A DNA stretch of 64,000 nt, from assembly GCA_016938195.1 (NCBI GenBank), contig JAFGVC010000061.1:19365-83364 (forward strand), written 5' to 3'. Below the pieces are notes generated by a model. That model had not been told where the DNA came from and did not search any database. It saw only the letters and a list, made by a program, of their open reading frames with translations. This document shows, one piece after another, positions 22,046-31,173 of this stretch (the first letter of the stretch is position 1; every line of letters starts with the position of its first letter). The DNA is from Tissierellales bacterium (GTDB lineage Bacteria > Bacillota > Clostridia > Tissierellales > Dethiosulfatibacteraceae). Both the position numbers and the translations under genes were made by a program.

Positions 22046-22834
22046 ATGCAAATCATAGCAAAGCCAATCGGGATTATTGTAAAGGTTATTTATGACTTAT
22101 TGTCAGTTTTGGATAATCCAATTGTTTCAGCGTATGCCATGTCTATTATTGTGGCATCCATACTATTGAAAGTGGTCTTGTTTCCTTTAACTAAGAAACA
22201 AACTGATTCCATGAAGAAGATGCAGGAGCTTAATCCTGAAATCGCTAGTTTAAAAGCAAAATATAAAAATGATTCTGAAACCTTAAATAGAAAGACAATG
22301 GAGTTATACAAGGAATATAATGTCAATCCTATGGGTGGATGTTTGCCTTTGCTTATTCAATTTCCAATCTTGATTGGGTTTTTCTATGTATTGCGTGATC
22401 CGGTTATGTATATATATGGAGATCAGGCTATATTTGATGCCATAAACAAAAGCTTCTTTTGGATTAAAGACTTGGGATATGCAGCTAATCAAACAATTAA
22501 TGTTGGAGGAACCGAGGTTGTCAATGGCATTAATTTAGGATTTGAAATTCCTTTTATTGGTGTTGCTTTTCCTATGCTTGCAATATTGGCAGGAGCTACA
22601 ACCTATATTCAGACTAAAATGACCACAGCTAATCAGCCGTCAACCGGAAATGCGCAACAAGCTTCAACTCAAAATACTATGGCTATTATGATGCCTTTCA
22701 TGATATTCTTTTTTGCTTTAAATTTCCCTTCAGGTTTAACATTGTATTGGGTGGTCAGTAATGTGTTTCAAATAGCACAACAATATATTGCGCTTCATTA
22801 TGGAAAGAAGATTCTGGAGGTTAAATCAAAATGA
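22046..22834 (+). CDS. yidC: membrane protein insertase YidC/SpoIIIJ
   Basis: PLTKKQTDSMKKMQELNPE, MGGCLPLLIQFPI and GLTLYWVVSN motifs. ATG 22046 is preceded by GGAGG. Confidence 0.95.
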   Translation: MQIIAKPIGIIVKVIYDLLSVLDNPIVSAYAMSIIVASILLKVVLFPLTKKQTDSMKKMQELNPEIASLKAKYKNDSETLNRKTMELYKEYNVNPMGGCLPLLIQFPILIGFFYVLRDPVMYIYGDQAIFDAINKSFFWIKDLGYAANQTINVGGTEVVNGINLGFEIPFIGVAFPMLAILAGATTYIQTKMTTANQPSTGNAQQASTQNTMAIMMPFMIFFFALNFPSGLTLYWVVSNVFQIAQQYIALHYGKKILEVKSK

Positions 22835-23454
22835 AATTTTTAATCAAAGAAAGTGAATCTGTTGAAAAAGCTGTTAGTGATGGCTTGCAGGAGTTAAATG
22901 CAGATATCAATGAGGTTGATATAGAAATTATTCAAGAACCTAGTAGGAGCTTTTTAGGATTATTATCAAAGAACGCCAAGGTAAAAATTACATTGATAGA
23001 TGGACCTAGAGAAAAAGCAATAGAGTTTTTAGATGGGTTGTTTCTTAAAATGAATATTACATGCCAGTACCTTACTACTTTTGAAAACGATATTCTAAGT
23101 ATACAAATCACAGAAATTAATAGTAAAGATAAAGGAATATTAATTGGTAAAAGAGGTAAAAATCTCGATTCACTTCAATACATTTTAAGTCTCGTCGTTA
23201 ATAAAGATCGACAAAGCTACGTAAGAACTTCTGTAGATATCGAAAACTATAGAGAGAAACGAGAAGAAACACTCATAAGACTTGCACATAAAATGGCGGA
23301 CAGAAGTAGGTACTACAACAAAAAAGTTCGACTTGAGCCAATGAATCCTTACGAAAGAAGAATTATTCACTCTGCGCTTCAAGGTGAAACGGATATTATC
23401 ACATATTCAGAAGGGGAAGAACCGTATAGGAAAGTAATCATTGACTTAAAATAG
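22831..23454 (+). CDS. jag: Jag/KhpB RNA-binding protein (Jag_N, KH, R3H)
   Basis: KH-like GKRGKNLDSLQYI and R3H ERRIIHSALQ. Follows yidC. Confidence 0.9.
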   Translation: MKFLIKESESVEKAVSDGLQELNADINEVDIEIIQEPSRSFLGLLSKNAKVKITLIDGPREKAIEFLDGLFLKMNITCQYLTTFENDILSIQITEINSKDKGILIGKRGKNLDSLQYILSLVVNKDRQSYVRTSVDIENYREKREETLIRLAHKMADRSRYYNKKVRLEPMNPYERRIIHSALQGETDIITYSEGEEPYRKVIIDLK

Positions 23455-23460
23455 ATGAAT

Positions 23461-23488
23461 AAACCCGGTAATTATCGGGTTTTTTTTG
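23461..23488 (+). terminator. intrinsic terminator after jag
   Basis: AAACCCG-GTAATTAT-CGGGTTT followed by a T-run. Confidence 0.75.
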
Positions 23489-23516
23489 ATTATAATATTA
23501 GAAAATAGGTGAAAAT

Positions 23517-24893
23517 ATGATTAATGATACCATAGCTGCTTCAGCTACCTCACCGGGATTATCCGGAATAGGCATCATCAGATTGAGTGGAATTGAAGCT
23601 ATAGATATAGCAGAAAAATTATTTAAAAGCAAAAGTAGAAAAAAATTGAGTGAACTGGAAGATAGAAAGCTTAATTATGGATGGATGATAGACCCCTTAA
23701 CTAATGCTATACTGGATGAAGTATTGGTTGTTTATATGCGTTCTCCTAAAACATATACCAGGGAAGACGTTGTAGAGATTAATTGTCACGGCGGTATTGT
23801 GTCAACAGAAAGAATTTTAAATCTGTTGGTATCAAATGGTGTTCGACTTGCTGAGAGAGGAGAATTTACAAAAAGAGCATTTATGAATGGCAGATTGGAC
23901 CTTACTCAGGCCGAAGCCGTTATGGATCTTGTTGGAGCGCGTACACAAAATAGCTTTGATATTTCTTTTCATCAATTGGAAGGAAGATTGTCAAAGGAAA
24001 TTAATCATATTCGGAAGAAATTGATGGATATGACGGCTCAGATTGAAGTTAATATTGATTTTCCTGAGTATGATGAGGAACAGATGACCGTTGTAAATAT
24101 TGAATCCATTTCCCGGGAAATAGTATATAAAATTGACAAATTGATTCAGTCTTCAGAAACAGGAAAAATATATAAAGAAGGAATACGAACATTAATCCTT
24201 GGAAAACCAAATGTTGGCAAATCATCCTTGATGAATTATTTATTAAATGAAAACAGATCAATTGTCACTGATATTCCGGGAACGACTAGAGATACAATTG
24301 AAGAATATATAAATCTTGCAGGTATACCTTTAAAAATAATTGATACGGCTGGAATAAGGAACACACAAGATGAGGTTGAGAAGATTGGGGTAAAAAAAGC
24401 CTTGGATAAAATTGATATGGCAGATCTCATTTTGATGGTTTTTGATGCTTCAACGGCTATTGAGTCAGAAGACAAGATGATTTTAGAAGCTATAAAAGGC
24501 AAAAATGTGATATATCTTCTTAATAAAACAGATTTACCGGAACAAATTAATTTTGAAGCTCTTGATACGATAAAAAATAATATAATAAAAATATCTATTG
24601 TAAATAATGAAGGACTTGATAAAATTGAAGAGAAAGTAAAGGCTGAATTTTTAAAAGGAAGTATTAGCGTAGAAAATGATATTATTGTTAATAATTTGAG
24701 ACATAAGGATTTGCTTCATAAAGCGAGAAAATCAATCAGCGAGGTTTTGGAGAGTATTAAAAATTCGGCTACTCTTGAATGCTTGCAAGTAGATATTATT
24801 AATACGCTTGAATATTTAGGAGAGATTACAGGTGAATCGGTCAAAGATGATTTAATTGATAAAATTTTTGCCGAATTTTGTATAGGAAAATAA
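23517..24893 (+). CDS. mnmE: tRNA modification GTPase MnmE
   Basis: G1 GKPNVGKSS, DTAGIR, NKTD, C-terminal CIGK. Confidence 0.97.
   Translation: MINDTIAASATSPGLSGIGIIRLSGIEAIDIAEKLFKSKSRKKLSELEDRKLNYGWMIDPLTNAILDEVLVVYMRSPKTYTREDVVEINCHGGIVSTERILNLLVSNGVRLAERGEFTKRAFMNGRLDLTQAEAVMDLVGARTQNSFDISFHQLEGRLSKEINHIRKKLMDMTAQIEVNIDFPEYDEEQMTVVNIESISREIVYKIDKLIQSSETGKIYKEGIRTLILGKPNVGKSSLMNYLLNENRSIVTDIPGTTRDTIEEYINLAGIPLKIIDTAGIRNTQDEVEKIGVKKALDKIDMADLILMVFDASTAIESEDKMILEAIKGKNVIYLLNKTDLPEQINFEALDTIKNNIIKISIVNNEGLDKIEEKVKAEFLKGSISVENDIIVNNLRHKDLLHKARKSISEVLESIKNSATLECLQVDIINTLEYLGEITGESVKDDLIDKIFAEFCIGK
24108..24121. promoter_or_regulatory. Noc-binding site (NBS), perfect 14-bp palindrome
   Basis: ATTTCCCGGGAAAT is identical to the B. 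subtilis NBS core. It lies inside the mnmE coding sequence. Confidence 0.65.
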
Positions 24894-24905
24894 GTGGAGG
24901 ATAAG

Positions 24906-26810
24906 TTGAAAGAGGATATTAGATTCTTAGCGGACCAGTATGATATTATTGTAATAGGCGCTGGTCATGCGGGGTGTGAAGCGGCCTTAGCCGGAGCGAG
25001 GCTAAAGAAAAGGACATTAATGCTTACTATGAGTCTCGATTCTATTGCTTTAATGGCTTGCAATCCTTCTATTGGAGGAACCGGAAAAGGTCATCTGGTT
25101 AGAGAAATTGACGCTTTAGGAGGTCAGATGGCGCTTGTGACAGACCACGCCATGATTCAATTTAAAATGCTGAATACTTCTAAAGGACCAGCGGTTCATT
25201 CACTCAGAGCTCAGGCTGATAAGCGAATGTATCATGTTAAAATGAAGCAAATTCTTGAGAACGAACCAAACCTTGATATTAAGCAAGCGGAAGTAGTGGA
25301 AATTTTGGTTAATGACGGTAGAGTAGAAGGCGTACTGACTAAGACAGGAGCGTGGTATAAATCCAAAGCAGTTATTTTATGTACAGGTACTTATTTAAAA
25401 GGAAGGGTTTATATTGGAGAAGTAAATTATGAAAGTGGTCCTGCAGGTTTATTTCCGGCCAATAGTCTTTCAAAATCATTAATCGATAATGGCATTGTCC
25501 TAAAAAGATTTAAAACAGGTACACCTGCACGTGTTCATAGGGATTCAATTGATTTTTCTAAAATGGAGATTCAAGATGGAGATCAAGAAATTATTCCCTT
25601 TTCTTTTATGACGGAAAATATTTCAATTGACCAGATTCCATGTTACTTGACTTATACGAATCAAAATACTCATGATATTATTCGATCAAACTTAGATAGA
25701 TCTCCGATATACGCGGGTCAAATTGAAAGTGTAGGGCCGAGATATTGTCCTTCAATCGAAGATAAAGTGGTTAAATTTCATGATAAGCTTCAGCATCAAA
25801 TTTTTATAGAACCGGAAGGCCTCGACACCAAAGAACTATATGTGCAGGGTTTTTCCTCTAGTCTTCCTGAGGAAATTCAGATACAAATGTACAAGACCGT
25901 TTCCGGACTTGAAAATTGTCAAACCATGAGGCCAGCCTACGCCATAGAATATGATTGCATAGACCCGACACAATTGAAGAGAAGTTTAGAAATTAAAGCA
26001 ATCAGTCATTTGTACTGTGCAGGTCAGATTAATGGTAGCTCAGGCTATGAGGAGGCCGCGGGTCAAGGATTAATAGCAGGCATTAATGCCGCATTACAGA
26101 TTGACCATAAAGATCCTTTGATTCTTGATCGATCAGAAGCTTATATTGGAGTTTTAATTGATGATCTAGTCACTAAAGGCACCAATGAACCTTATCGCAT
26201 GATGACTTCAAGGGCAGAATATCGACTTGTATTGAGGCAGGATAATGCAGATTTGAGATTAACAGAAAAAGGTTACCTTTGCGGGCTTGTTACACAAAAA
26301 AGATATCAAGCATTTCTTGAAAAGAAAAGCAGTATTGAAAATGAAACACATCGATTAAAATCAACACAGATTGCGCCAAAGCTTGAAATCAATCGTTTTT
26401 TGGAGAGAATAGGGTCGGTTGAGTTAAGAACACCGGTGTCTCTTTATGATCTGATTAAAAGGACTGAATTAACATATGACAACACGGTTGAAATTGATCC
26501 ACACAGACCACAGCTGAGCAAAGTGATTCGAATGCAGATTGAAACACAAATTAAGTATGAAGGCTATATTGATAAGCAATACATTCAAATCGAGCAATTT
26601 AAAAAACTTGAAACGAAAGTTTTGCCTTCAAATATTGATTATACGACAGTAAGAGGGTTGAGAATTGAAGCCGTGCAGAAATTATCAAAAATCAGACCTG
26701 AATCTTTAGGTCAGGCATCTAGGATTTCAGGTGTATCTCCGGCAGATATTAATGTATTGATTATTTTTTTAGAGCAACAAAAAAGAAAGAGGCAAAGGGA
26801 TGAAGACTGA
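24906..26810 (+). CDS. mnmG: tRNA uridine 5-carboxymethylaminomethyl modification enzyme MnmG
   Basis: [19 protein letters not shown] fold over a long conserved body. TTG 24906 lies 5 nt after GGAGG. The ORF-track GTG 24894 abuts the mnmE stop. Confidence 0.96.
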   Translation: MKEDIRFLADQYDIIVIGAGHAGCEAALAGARLKKRTLMLTMSLDSIALMACNPSIGGTGKGHLVREIDALGGQMALVTDHAMIQFKMLNTSKGPAVHSLRAQADKRMYHVKMKQILENEPNLDIKQAEVVEILVNDGRVEGVLTKTGAWYKSKAVILCTGTYLKGRVYIGEVNYESGPAGLFPANSLSKSLIDNGIVLKRFKTGTPARVHRDSIDFSKMEIQDGDQEIIPFSFMTENISIDQIPCYLTYTNQNTHDIIRSNLDRSPIYAGQIESVGPRYCPSIEDKVVKFHDKLQHQIFIEPEGLDTKELYVQGFSSSLPEEIQIQMYKTVSGLENCQTMRPAYAIEYDCIDPTQLKRSLEIKAISHLYCAGQINGSSGYEEAAGQGLIAGINAALQIDHKDPLILDRSEAYIGVLIDDLVTKGTNEPYRMMTSRAEYRLVLRQDNADLRLTEKGYLCGLVTQKRYQAFLEKKSSIENETHRLKSTQIAPKLEINRFLERIGSVELRTPVSLYDLIKRTELTYDNTVEIDPHRPQLSKVIRMQIETQIKYEGYIDKQYIQIEQFKKLETKVLPSNIDYTTVRGLRIEAVQKLSKIRPESLGQASRISGVSPADINVLIIFLEQQKRKRQRDED

Positions 26811-27510
26811 GTTAAAAGAGATACTTAATGGTGCCGGAATACAATGTTCAGAGGAAAGATTAGACCTTTTTTTAGAATATGAAACATTAATTAAGGACTG
26901 GAATCAAAAAATAAATATTACGTCGATTACAGAAAGTCATGAGATTTATGTCAAACATTTCTTAGATAGTATAATTATTAAAAATATGTTTGAATTTAAT
27001 CATAAAAAAATAATAGACGTTGGTACAGGTGGCGGATTTCCTGGAATTCCTTTAAAAATTTTTCATGATCAGATGAAGCTTACTCTATTGGATAGTTTAA
27101 ATAAACGGATTATGTTCTTAGAAGAAGTGACAGCCAAGCTTCATCTAGAGAATGTACAGCTTTTACATGGCAGAGCAGAGGATTATGGAATGAATCGTGA
27201 TTTTAGAGAGAGATATGATGTTTCCATATCCAGGGCAGTGGCTTCATTAAACGTCTTAGCGGAGTACTGTTTGCCATTTGTTAGGGTAGGAGGATTCTTT
27301 TTATCGATGAAGGGATATGACTCTGATGACGAGATAAATGTATCTAAGCATGCAATTAAAATATTAGGAGGTAGAATTGTTGAAGTCAAAAAATATAATT
27401 TACCCGGCACGGATATGATGAGAAGCTTGATTATTGTTGAAAAAATAGCTGAAACAGGATTAAAATATCCAAGAATGGCAGGGAAACCTGCAAAAAAACC
27501 AATTATTTAA
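26800..27510 (+). CDS. rsmG: 16S rRNA (guanine527-N7)-methyltransferase RsmG
   Basis: SAM motif [15 protein letters not shown]. Follows mnmG. Confidence 0.95.
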   Translation: MKTELKEILNGAGIQCSEERLDLFLEYETLIKDWNQKINITSITESHEIYVKHFLDSIIIKNMFEFNHKKIIDVGTGGGFPGIPLKIFHDQMKLTLLDSLNKRIMFLEEVTAKLHLENVQLLHGRAEDYGMNRDFRERYDVSISRAVASLNVLAEYCLPFVRVGGFFLSMKGYDSDDEINVSKHAIKILGGRIVEVKKYNLPGTDMMRSLIIVEKIAETGLKYPRMAGKPAKKPII

Positions 27511-27526
27511 GGACGAGAGGAAGAAC

Positions 27527-28315
27527 ATGGCAAATTTAAGATATATAGAGACAGTCAATTTAGATAATATTATTCCTAATCAAAATCAACCAAGAAGAAA
27601 TTTTGAAAAAGAGGCTTTAGCACAATTGGCAGAGTCTATCAAGACATATGGCGTGATTCAACCCATATCTCTGAAGAAACATAATGATAATCAATATGAA
27701 ATTATCGCAGGAGAAAGAAGATATAGAGCAGCAAAAATAGCTGGATTGGATAGTATTCCTTCTATTATAATCGAAGTGGAAGAAAGTGATTCTGCAGCGA
27801 TCGCTTTAATAGAAAATCTTCAGCGTGAGGATTTAGATTTTATTGAAGAAGCCAATTCTTATCTTAAGCTTATGAATTTATTCAATATTACTCAAAGAGA
27901 GTTAGCGGCAAAAATAGGGAAAAAACAGTCTACTATTGCAAATAAAATAAGAATTCTGAAATTATCGAATCCTATAAAGGAAGATATTATAAAGCACAAA
28001 TTATCTGAACGACATGCGCGATCACTGCTTAAAATTGAAGATGACAATATTCAAATGAAAGTATTAAAAAAAACAATTAAAAATAATTTAACTGTAAAAG
28101 AGACTGAAAAATTAATTGATGATATAATTAAAAAGTCTGAAGAGAATCAATTAGAGAATGAGAGTAGAGTTAAGAATTTTATCAATTACAAAATTTATGT
28201 TAATACGATTAAGCACGCTTATCGAGAAATTTTAAAAACGGGCGTGTCTGCAAAATTCGAGCAAAATGATTATGATGATTATATAGAAATTAAGGTTAGA
28301 ATACCTAAAAAATAA
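27527..28315 (+). CDS. noc: ParB-family nucleoid occlusion protein Noc-like
   Basis: ParB N-domain IAGERRYRAAKIAG plus an HTH. It is the first of two ParB paralogues and sits in the rsmG-noc-soj-spo0J order seen in Bacillus. A perfect NBS lies nearby. Confidence 0.8.
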   Translation: MANLRYIETVNLDNIIPNQNQPRRNFEKEALAQLAESIKTYGVIQPISLKKHNDNQYEIIAGERRYRAAKIAGLDSIPSIIIEVEESDSAAIALIENLQREDLDFIEEANSYLKLMNLFNITQRELAAKIGKKQSTIANKIRILKLSNPIKEDIIKHKLSERHARSLLKIEDDNIQMKVLKKTIKNNLTVKETEKLIDDIIKKSEENQLENESRVKNFINYKIYVNTIKHAYREILKTGVSAKFEQNDYDDYIEIKVRIPKK

Positions 28316-28336
28316 AATCAGGATAAGAGGTAAATC

Positions 28337-29107
28337 ATGGGAAAAATTATAGCTATATTCAATCAAAAGGGCGGCGTTGGCAAAACGACGACCAATGTCA
28401 ATCTATCTTCACTTTTAGCGTCTGAAGGATATCAGATACTTTCAATTGATATTGATCCCCAAGGTAACTCTACAAGCGGCTTTGGCATTAACAAAATTGA
28501 GCTTAAGAGCACAATCTATGATTGCTTATTTAACGAGATACCGATTGAAGAAGCTATTATTTCAACCTCTATTTCAAATTTAAAAATTTTACCGGCTAAT
28601 ATTGACCTTGCAGGAGCTGAAATAGAGCTTACGAAATCAGCGTACAGGGAAAATACGCTGAAGGAGTCTTTAAAGAGCATCAAAGAAAAATATGACTATA
28701 TTTTTATTGATTGTCCGCCTTCCTTAGGACTTCTATCAATAAATGCTTTGACAGCTGCAAATAGTGTAATTATACCGATTCAATGTGAGTATTATGCCCT
28801 TGAAGGGGTTAGTCAGCTTGTAAATACGATTAAGCTAGTCAAGAGAAATCTAAATCCTAGTTTAGAAATAGAAGGAATAATACTCAATATGTATGATGGT
28901 AGAACCAATTTGTCCGTACAAGTCGTTGAAGAGGTCAAAAAATATTTCAAAAACAAAGTGTATAAATCTATTATACCCAGAAATGTCAGATTGGCGGAAG
29001 CGCCTAGCTTTGGCATGTCAATTATGGCTTATGATGAAAAGTCAAAGGGAGCAGAAGCTTATTTAAGCTTAGCTAGTGAATTTTTGAAAAGAAATAAGGG
29101 GGTATAA
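28337..29107 (+). CDS. soj: ParA/Soj chromosome partitioning ATPase
   Basis: Deviant Walker A NQKGGVGKTTT, DCPPSLG. Confidence 0.95.
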   Translation: MGKIIAIFNQKGGVGKTTTNVNLSSLLASEGYQILSIDIDPQGNSTSGFGINKIELKSTIYDCLFNEIPIEEAIISTSISNLKILPANIDLAGAEIELTKSAYRENTLKESLKSIKEKYDYIFIDCPPSLGLLSINALTAANSVIIPIQCEYYALEGVSQLVNTIKLVKRNLNPSLEIEGIILNMYDGRTNLSVQVVEEVKKYFKNKVYKSIIPRNVRLAEAPSFGMSIMAYDEKSKGAEAYLSLASEFLKRNKGV

Positions 29108-29112
29108 ATTTA

Positions 29113-29976
29113 ATGGTAAGTAAAAGAAAAGCTTTAGGTAAAGGCTTGTCAGCGCTAATTACTGAAGAGTTTGAAAAAATTGATGAGAATGCGATAATTA
29201 ACATTAATCTTGATGACATTAAATCAAATCCTAATCAGCCAAGGAGAAGGTTTGACGATGAAAAAACGATTGAATTATCAAAATCTATCGAAAGACATGG
29301 TGTTATTCAACCCATTATTGTAAAGAAATCGGGTGATTATTATCAAATTATTGCCGGGGAGAGAAGATGGCGTGCCGCAAGAATGGCTGGATTGTCAGAT
29401 ATACCTTCTATAGTTCGCGATATCAGCAACAGAAGTCAAGAGGAGCTAGCTTTAATTGAAAACATTCAACGTGAGGATCTTAATTCAATAGATGAAGCTT
29501 TAGCCTATAGGGTCATCATGGAACGTTACGACATTACGCAAGAGGAATTATCAGATATTGTCGGGAAAAGCCGCGTTTATGTCACTAACATCATGAGGTT
29601 ATTGAAACTACCCAATTATATTCAAGATTATATAGCTGACGGTCAGTTGACGACTGGACATGGGAAAGCATTGATAGGGCTAGGAGAGGACGAGTTAGAA
29701 CGATTATCAGATAAAATTATTAAACTCGGGCTAAATGTTAGGGAGACTGAAAAAATTGTTGCGAAAATAAAGAAAGGCAGTCCTAACATTCCAAAGACTA
29801 AGAAACAGAAGAATAAAGAACCTAATATCATACATATTGAAGAAACTTTAACAGAAGAGCTTGGAACTAAAGTAGATATTTTGAAAAGCAAAAAATCAGG
29901 AAAAATAATGCTTTATTTTTCAAACGACGAAGAACTATCTAGAATTTTGGCCATTATTTCAAAAAAATTATTTTAA
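29113..29976 (+). CDS. spo0J: ParB/Spo0J chromosome partitioning protein
   Basis: IAGERRWRAARMAG arginine patch and an HTH (QEELSDIVGKSRVYVTNIMRLL). Confidence 0.93.
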   Translation: MVSKRKALGKGLSALITEEFEKIDENAIININLDDIKSNPNQPRRRFDDEKTIELSKSIERHGVIQPIIVKKSGDYYQIIAGERRWRAARMAGLSDIPSIVRDISNRSQEELALIENIQREDLNSIDEALAYRVIMERYDITQEELSDIVGKSRVYVTNIMRLLKLPNYIQDYIADGQLTTGHGKALIGLGEDELERLSDKIIKLGLNVRETEKIVAKIKKGSPNIPKTKKQKNKEPNIIHIEETLTEELGTKVDILKSKKSGKIMLYFSNDEELSRILAIISKKLF

Positions 29977-30030
29977 CAAAAACTTAACAATTATTTCACA
30001 AATGATTGACTATATATTAACACTTTACAT

Positions 30031-30077
30031 AAAATCTACCGAATTTTAATAAATTTTAGGTGGATTTTATTTTTTTA
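30031..30077 (+). terminator. possible terminator after spo0J
   Basis: AAAATCTACC ... GGTGGATTTT (one G-U pair, large loop) followed by ATTTTTTT. Confidence 0.45.
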
Positions 30078-30204
30078 TGATGTAAATAATAGATTTTTTA
30101 ACTTTAATCAGCTATTATTCTAGGATATCATCCCATAATAAAGCACAAAGGTTTACAATATAAGAGAATACCGATAATTTATTACTTTTATTTACTTATT
30201 ATGA

Positions 30205-30233
30205 TTGACATAAAATTAACAATAAAGTATAAT
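30205..30233 (+). promoter_or_regulatory. sigma-A promoter of the hydrogenase operon
   Basis: TTGACA (30205-30210), a 17 nt spacer, then TATAAT (30228-30233). Confidence 0.7.
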
Positions 30234-30274
30234 ATCTCTAAATCTCGACACAACCATTTCAAGGAGGTAAAAAA

Positions 30275-30760
30275 GTGCAAAAGGCAATAGATATTAAAGA
30301 AAATACTGATAAATTTGAAGAGCTTTTAAGATATATTGAGAGCCAAGACAAATCACAAGGCATACTGATGCAAACTTTACACAAAGCGCAAGAAATCTTT
30401 GGATATTTACCAATTGAGGTTCAGAAATTTATATCTGAGAAAACGAAAATTCCAATGGCAGAAATATACGGCGTAGCTACTTTTTACACGCAATTTTCTC
30501 TAGAGCCTAAAGGACAGTATACCGTAGGTGTATGTATGGGAACCGCCTGTTATGTTAAAAGTGCTCAGTTGGTTCTTGATAGATTACAACAGGAATTAAA
30601 AATTAAAGTTGGAGAAACAACAGAAGATAATGTTTTTAGCATTCAAGCGACACGATGTCTAGGTTGTTGTGGGCTTGCACCGGTCATGATGATTGGTGAG
30701 GATGTCTATGGTAAGGTTGACCCAAAAGATATCCCCAATATTTTAAAAAATTATAGATAG
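30275..30760 (+). CDS. hndA: [FeFe]-hydrogenase NuoE-like [2Fe-2S] subunit (HndA/HydC)
   Basis: GTG start after AAGGAGG. NuoE cysteines GVCMGTAC ... RCLGCCGLAP. Confidence 0.9.
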   Translation: MQKAIDIKENTDKFEELLRYIESQDKSQGILMQTLHKAQEIFGYLPIEVQKFISEKTKIPMAEIYGVATFYTQFSLEPKGQYTVGVCMGTACYVKSAQLVLDRLQQELKIKVGETTEDNVFSIQATRCLGCCGLAPVMMIGEDVYGKVDPKDIPNILKNYR

Positions 30761-30776
30761 TTTTCCGGAGGTTTAG

Positions 30777-31142
30777 ATGAAAACGTTAGATGAATTAAAA
30801 AAAATTAGAGAAGACGCAAAAAAGAATCTTGAACTTCGAAATACAGATAAAACAATCAGAGTGGTAGTTGGTATGGCAACCTGTGGTATTTCTGCAGGGG
30901 CAAGACCGGTACTTCAGACTTTTGTGGAAGAAGTCAGCAAGAGAAAGCTTCATAACGTACAAGTTGTTCAAACGGGATGTATCGGCATGTGTACCTATGA
31001 ACCAATTGTTGAAATAACGATGCCCAATGAAGAAAAGGTTACTTATGTTTTTATGGATACAGATAAAGTTAAAAAAGTAGTTTCAGACCACTTGGTTAAT
31101 GGACGTGTTGTCGTAGATTATACAATTGGCGCTTTGAAATAA
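30777..31142 (+). CDS. hndB: thioredoxin-like ferredoxin-fold small subunit (HndB-like)
   Basis: 121 aa and paralogous to the N-terminal domain of the next subunit. Only 3 Cys are present (ATCGISAG, TGCIGMC). Confidence 0.8.
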   Translation: MKTLDELKKIREDAKKNLELRNTDKTIRVVVGMATCGISAGARPVLQTFVEEVSKRKLHNVQVVQTGCIGMCTYEPIVEITMPNEEKVTYVFMDTDKVKKVVSDHLVNGRVVVDYTIGALK

Positions 31143-31173
31143 TAAGCTAATATAGGAATAGTGGAGGGTTAAG

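Noticed and set aside
29984-30001. Rex-like operator TTAACAA-TTAT-TTCACAA upstream of the hydrogenase operon
   Set aside because: The two halves are in direct, not inverted, orientation, whereas Rex boxes are palindromes (TTGTGAA-N4/6-TTCACAA). The site also lies before the spo0J terminator.
30205-30222. Possible Rex box TTGACATAAAATTAACAA overlapping the hydrogenase promoter
   Set aside because: The right half is perfect for the clostridial motif, but the left half has 3 mismatches and coincides with the -35 hexamer. This is too weak to call without a PWM score.
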